A stretch of DNA of 64,000 nucleotides from Candidatus Omnitrophota bacterium (lineage in GTDB: Bacteria; Omnitrophota; Gorgyraeia; Zapsychrales; Zapsychraceae), in contig JAIORP010000135.1 of assembly GCA_021108075.1 (NCBI GenBank), forward strand, positions 23,938 to 87,937, in the 5' to 3' direction. Below are positions 62,501 to 64,000 of this stretch, one piece after another (position 1 is the first letter of the stretch; each line of letters opens with the position of its first letter). Under the pieces are notes generated by a model. The model saw only the letters and a program-made list of their open reading frames with translations, was not told where the DNA came from and did not search any database. A program made the translations under genes and the position numbers.

Positions 62501-64000
62501 CACTCCTGTCAAAGATCAACGGGCTCAACGAATCTCTTAGAGAGAGCGGAACCTCACATAAACTTGACATAAAAAAAATTCAATCTAAATATCAATCCGA
62601 ACTTCAAAAGATCACCCGTAACCTCCAACTTTCCCAGGATACTGTTTCCCATAAGGACAACCAAATAGCTCAGCTTAATCGCACACTTAACGATCTGAAG
62701 AAAACTGTTTCAACAACACAGAAAAAAATTAAAGATTCTTCCGAAACCATATCCATGATTGAAAATCAGTATAAAAAAGATAACCAAAAAATTCAAAACC
62801 AATTCAACGAAAAAATTAACAGGCTACAGAATGACTTAAAGGAACATAATAATAAAATCAGCCTTACCAATAAAAAACATACTGGTCAAATTTCTGAATT
62901 AAAGACAACAATCAGTAAAAAAGACGATCAAATCAATTCTGTTACAAAATCGCTCAATCAATTAAACACAGAACTCACCGAGAACCGGAACAAAACTAAG
63001 CAATTTGGCCTGGACATACAAAAATGGGAACGAAAATATCAAGAATTGCAGAATTCCACAAAAGCCCAGGTTCAACAGTCAAGAATGCCGTTTGAACGTG
63101 AAATTCGAAATCATAAAAACAAACAAATGGAATGGGAACGGACCGCAAAGAAAAAAGAATCTGAGATCAATTCCATCAATAACCAACTAAAAGAGTTATC
63201 CTCTAAATTCGAATCCGAACAAAAACAAAACCAACTATTATCGGCTCAAATAGCACAATGGCAATCTCAATACAACAAGCTCACCAAGCACACGACACAA
63301 AAGATGACCAATTTTAAAAACGATCTCCAGAACGAATACAATTCATTGAAAAACGACCTGACCCTTAAGGAAAATAGTTTAAAAAAATACTTAAAACAGC
63401 TTTCAACGCTCAAAAATGACAAAAAAAAACTTACGGCTCAGTTTGCAGAAGCAAACAAAAACTCTATAGATTTCCAAAATAAATTAAATAAAGCCGAGCA
63501 GACACTGTTTTCTAAAACGAAAAAATATGAGGATCAACTATCTAAAATTAAGTCGCAATTTAAACAACAACTCAGCCAGTCCTCACGGTCGTTACAAGAA
63601 GAAATCAGCGCTCTTAACGATCAAGTCTGCCAGTATAAAAAAGAAATTAAAAAAAACAACGGGCAGTCCGGAGAACTATCCGCCTTAAACAACAAATTGA
63701 CATCTCAAATCAACAAACTAATAAAAGAGAACAAATCGGTAACAGACCTCATAGCAAAACTCAAGACAGAAAAAATTAATACCGAACAGTCCATAAAAAA
63801 GAAATTGTTCCAATCAGAATCTGCATTACAAAAAGAGATATCCAAACTTAAATTAGAACTGTCCAAATATCATGATCAATTGCAACACAAAAAATCTTCC
63901 ATCAGCAAACTCGATGGTCATTTCCAGGAGACAGAAAATCGACTACATGCAGCTATGCGTGAAAAGAAGCTTCTGCAACAACAGATCAAAGAACTGATAC
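50575..64000 (+). CDS. giant secreted periodic coiled-coil protein (more than 4475 aa within the window; 3' end beyond window)
   Basis: Reading triplets from ATG 50575, I found no stop through 64000. N-terminal signal peptide MRTHIRLLSVLLLLLTFPSTTILA. The rest is K/E/Q/L/N-rich with a recurring Pro-containing linker [LIV]PxK[IL]xxAxxPLxxxI roughly every 234 nt. The track shows no + strand ORF over this 13 kb because there is no stop; only short antisense ORFs appear. Confidence 0.8.
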   Translation, partial: MRTHIRLLSVLLLLLTFPSTTILADTNTDTIKLLRTSIQSKDTLIEDLMDEKDTLSKQLEIQREEKKKFEKELILLQKNIGKLDDASRSGQDDAANLRLQKESLMRQLNKVRKEKVRLEDTISKLNKSMDITDSNVNSKVDAATSALKTRVQELKLQLISLEEKIENSNTKQSKLQKEIHKLENEKASLTKKITLRDKNISTLKRQLVDKINAVRKPLQNELRQTNAALAISNNVVRDKQLEVSELNRKYELTLVNIRELNNKLDKKDIEIEELNNKIKSIQIQTSEKISSISDQAKKDIETQRGKVQSKNKTLQEEISDLSTDKKDLQKQISDKKEAVRLIRRDRKTLQTKLDQLLIRNKDLLNKTAKLQNDINAIEDSIKDKISEAKQPLLGEIKKLEDNIKTLSRHMNNKHEKIDLVLEENKRLKTQLDKIVTIKNNYSKDNALLKTQLKLNSDKVAVQISSVKKPLEKSIQSLQEELNSLRKTNEVKGQEIKALEQKKSKLKTDLDRLSTGNTTLSQKVNKLELSLKQEKKLQSENIEDIQSSLLDKIITMEKQSNALKATVKEKGSYNLKIVGQNKSLTKKVAKLVEEKTGAFENLKNIQVRYNEIKSTLDKRIKVATKALTEEVQQLTVQLKSAQSGLEGTDTKIIRLNNEKNKLQVELSREENQRRQLEANITELKNQLIQVQKELPKKISSVRSSLGKKIKELEAELNTLNKGIAEQKTKVSNLSADKSLLQNNLKKITTEKGIIEQELRQLQVRFKGLNDTLPQKLSKIEQPLKTEINKANKKITEQEETIASLSSKKSLLQNDLKKTETGKKIIEQELLRIKNQLKGLNDTLPQKISKAEQPLKTEINTAKKRITEQKKTISTLTSEKIMLKNNLKNIETEKGFIELELRQLKNKFKGLNDTLPQTISKAEQPLKEQLNTANKRIMELKRIIANLSSEQSFFQNDIKKIETEKELVKNELQQLKNKLKGLKNALPQKISSVQKPLKEEASRLKEQLSNTENSLHIKQERINNLTIQKKNLDNNITRLNTENSKLKSDIINLRRQLAGLEDSIPLKIESAKTPFEKDLSDLKNQLREVNNTVTRKNKKIKTLSREHQYLQNRIADKEKIISALEQDVVSYKDEVLSTQNSLDSKVKQERIPLEAKITQLKTERQQAELKIEEYTILIKTLHERIEENALKSKEITTEKKDLEINLSKVTEEFNNNKKIVADKIKNAKDPLKKTIAILNKKIIAIENAIQSKQTTINKVTQKNETLTRQFEDIKKTKNSISLDLLKIQKEFDSLHVSIPQKMIAARKPLELEIEQLTQRLKKASTSVKAKQQELNQTTKDKSQLQINLSRTKSTADKLEYELKNIQNALKSSKNDIPIKISEALAPLNTKINALEKDLALSKSKLQSKKETIKNLQNEMLSLNKKLSQTQTEKTNLASKNTALNDEIKALEEAIVAEVKQVQIPLEKTIKSLQVALKSMQNKLSDNNTNLNRINKEKETVTNNLNQQQQNKASLQKKIDGLKTTIDNLKKTLPTQIDQAKSPLLNDINKLQQKLSQANSTISHKSDKISALKRDHHIINVQLNNLQSEKAELNKQIENMLERVKQAELSVPQKIQKVEKPLNNEIRELTEQVLKTKTLIQVKNEALEVLSKNKNALESSLKKVRQEKKQLAQKITESEELIKEKQRSIGSLKQNNYQLNSKVSKLNRNHESLQANYDKIQKELRRAKASTPKEISSAIQPLNKKIESLRNELDKAKEDLKENHGAISSTHQEKSSMLTKINVLNRDNKILSQEINNVKTKLQEANNSISNQISRATIPLEESINNMTEKLAKTGDALSKKQNEIDELIQDKNQLNHKLKQLRMEREDAGKRLTRLQDKFAIAHTSSQQETIKAQKKHREKIKKLEHELLEMNAAVLAKEKKLASLEQNNQNLNLLLRNLRKEKSTLNKETVNLLNKIKLTEAAVPQMIQMTKRPLKERIQTLTAKVKQTNDLINQKEDLLKQTTKEKLLLSQNLTKAQETQKNLSQEIITSNKLALKHKADLIKIEQENLGLKNEIRSTQETSGNLEKKIERITQELLNSRNNTAKITAKEISKLTDQITAFKDQLKNSSVKLKQKSENILAVQREKEGLTTKVESLTDEKNSLEQNISVLKSKIAHTNTDLEKKAETINLFNNNKDALESKLNTAINEKNKLKQEVKVLRTEIFQIKKQTPMQVEEARQPLKKALRHKEKAIADANRATKEKQTRINQLLQNDQDLTQEVQRLKQIQVTLNDSNAKLKKSMDKVSKSIPAKISEAKFPLEQAIKMLKNKLLNIENELVNRQKKIDALNKERSGTQTNLQQQIKVKQNLSKQIDALNKQYASVQKSIPDKIKTAKRPLEKKIESLNKQMIEQSEIIRQQENKLAGLSSKNQNMTDSLSVIKNEKLSLENQINQLLSANKKLNTVLPEKIRQAKQPLDKRIKDLNLQLGQSHKSLTVKEQEIVKYKNKSQQLSTQISKLQNEHNQLLTLNKDLNIKLVSLQKELPDKIARIKTPLEANIAQISQKLSNAQTLVKKQQASIDLLTKQRDITSSNLNKLKDQEHQTQKGLKAKQELLSQKNNSLKLLSQENARLQDKIASINNEKDLLGKKLSQVEQKILETQKKIPEKVNLATAPLKQKIQKLINELEQTQTSIKLKDNKITQLTQKSKDISQRLEETQRQKQAADKNLTRLAQDKENLEKVAMPKALILAKIPFQDKIKQLSEDIQNSQDTMTDRERTIAQLRKEKAAINSKLKGISDDKKNLLATINNLQNELINYKKSMPQQLSKARDPLEKKITFLQNQIDNTFDELQDKLLIIAELDDDIDYLKKSLNNSTNQNIQDKKSIEALKRDLIRNKEKMANELHNTVSPLNASLNILEKKLITTEAAVIKTQKNNKNLIVANNTLQNEIKNSVQKITELSDKLKSEKQKITKLQSEIPNRIKEKTNPLTEQISTLNKSIASYKKNIEKQSIDNQKLREINNHTKTALEKEIEFKKKIQTNYGNLKKTINELEQKQPEEIIAATTPLNNRIKEIRKKLSASSQNIASKDKTIEELRITNKKLANDLNSSQKNNILLNKNIVMFEEQIDKINNEIPSKLSTATKPLKKRILDQKNTLTELSTSVDRLNQDLSDTQKQRNQLTSDFVQLKEKNQELLKLIDELRSTLSLTKASIPKQLESAQNPLKKEIKKLQEQFQSTQSEFHKTRDNYGKLKIENKKLSQTLSRTESQNNALAGQLQDITQKLTVLQKVLPKRVFEAKLPLEEKLKNWKDNFAKMETELKDTLALLQKDRDSNNKLKKEFTALSNNNNNLEQVNASLKNKLAQLQGSLPKKINDAQKTLKVKLQNLTETLQDRDTQLNQKSKKITALNNQIKALTQDNTDHSTIVRSLEEKNKKIIKNNNILSLQIEQWQKDYPNKIKQAQRPLEGQVEQLKQQFANEAEKNKRNQELIAKLEQDVTNSRNNIVQNEATIKILTSEKRNLENRYASLNDSIPQRISKSKTSLEQMIHKLKQSNDELNTTAKRKDRTINQLTDQSKEQSQKIDSFRSKNSELQKQLNNKITEYATKRSELSKKLTAAEATVKEQTDKEKKLKTRLQALKNINVETQKKFSTTIKEKTQIDQKFAEISKNLSIKNNAINQYKTTVSKLRDSLRNLETNKENLARRVTELEKLNDTIKTSLPEKVESVKAPLLSKINQLETAIEENTNELSRAKTTLKTLKDENKALNKILESVKRDNSLLSQKTDSFRKEIDKSKTQGELEINQITSDLRNKIQIIQEKEKLIKQLQSDFRNLKNDHDQLEKKYRNTIREFDGARIKLEQYKEKISMEIEKARNPILNQLNQVKSELISTMSALKEKDENMTSMNRNLSSLNTKYDQLNKKKIAFEDQLSQSITRYQKLESETQNTIDRTKSTLHSDINKLEKALVVKRAEISAKQNNILENEKQISYLKKDLQSLNDKNQTLLSKINGLNESLRESGTSHKLDIKKIQSKYQSELQKITRNLQLSQDTVSHKDNQIAQLNRTLNDLKKTVSTTQKKIKDSSETISMIENQYKKDNQKIQNQFNEKINRLQNDLKEHNNKISLTNKKHTGQISELKTTISKKDDQINSVTKSLNQLNTELTENRNKTKQFGLDIQKWERKYQELQNSTKAQVQQSRMPFEREIRNHKNKQMEWERTAKKKESEINSINNQLKELSSKFESEQKQNQLLSAQIAQWQSQYNKLTKHTTQKMTNFKNDLQNEYNSLKNDLTLKENSLKKYLKQLSTLKNDKKKLTAQFAEANKNSIDFQNKLNKAEQTLFSKTKKYEDQLSKIKSQFKQQLSQSSRSLQEEISALNDQVCQYKKEIKKNNGQSGELSALNNKLTSQINKLIKENKSVTDLIAKLKTEKINTEQSIKKKLFQSESALQKEISKLKLELSKYHDQLQHKKSSISKLDGHFQETENRLHAAMREKKLLQQQIKELI
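52840..53691 (+). repeat. four tandem 213-nt (71-codon) repeats inside the giant ORF, the first three nearly identical at DNA level
   Basis: Units begin at 52840, 53053, 53266 and 53479 (…ELRQLQVRFKGLNDTLPQKLSKIEQPLKTEINKANKKITEQ…). Confidence 0.8.

Overview
AT-rich (roughly one-third GC by eye) chromosomal segment from a Gram-negative-type bacterium. Supporting features: PEP-CTERM sorting signals, a C-terminal-Phe beta-barrel OMP, HtrA/DegP. Gene density is high, almost all on the + strand. No rRNA, tRNA, CRISPR array or obvious transposase/integrase was found. Contents in order: (1) a truncated PIN-PhoH (PhoH2) gene running off the window start; (2) a dense His-Asp phosphorelay island at 2.5-11.8 kb with four receiver proteins, a membrane HAMP sensor, a PAS hybrid histidine kinase, a stand-alone Hpt, and a 1253-aa hybrid kinase; (3) a PilT-family ATPase with a C-terminal receiver, a CheX-like phosphatase, two PEP-CTERM proteins and a PilZ protein; (4) ilvD; (5) a GH57-based alpha-glucan (glycogen) cluster with CBM48 protein, GT4/5 glycogen-synthase-like transferase, GH57 branching enzyme and a second GH57 enzyme; (6) housekeeping and miscellaneous genes: cold-shock protein, DEDDh exonuclease, YegS-type lipid kinase, GGDEF cyclase, aldo-keto reductase, SPL-type radical SAM, HIT, receiver-kinase plus response regulator, SET-domain protein, HtrA, DUF368, HAD, NAD kinase, mutY, surE; (7) a giant open reading frame (50575 to beyond the window end, more than 4475 codons, no stop). 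The supplied ORF track omits it because it has no in-window stop. It encodes a signal-peptide-bearing, Lys/Glu/Gln/Leu-rich, highly periodic coiled-coil protein. Two findings stand out. First, the 1253-aa kinase's N-terminus looks like a HydS-type sensory [FeFe]-hydrogenase module (two ferredoxin motifs, H-domain-like region, Cx2Cx4Cx16C motif). Second, a roughly 82-nt palindromic intergenic repeat family is present in four copies. The lineage cannot be assigned from sequence alone. The giant ORF, low GC and PEP-CTERM content would fit an uncultivated lineage such as Omnitrophota, but that is a guess.
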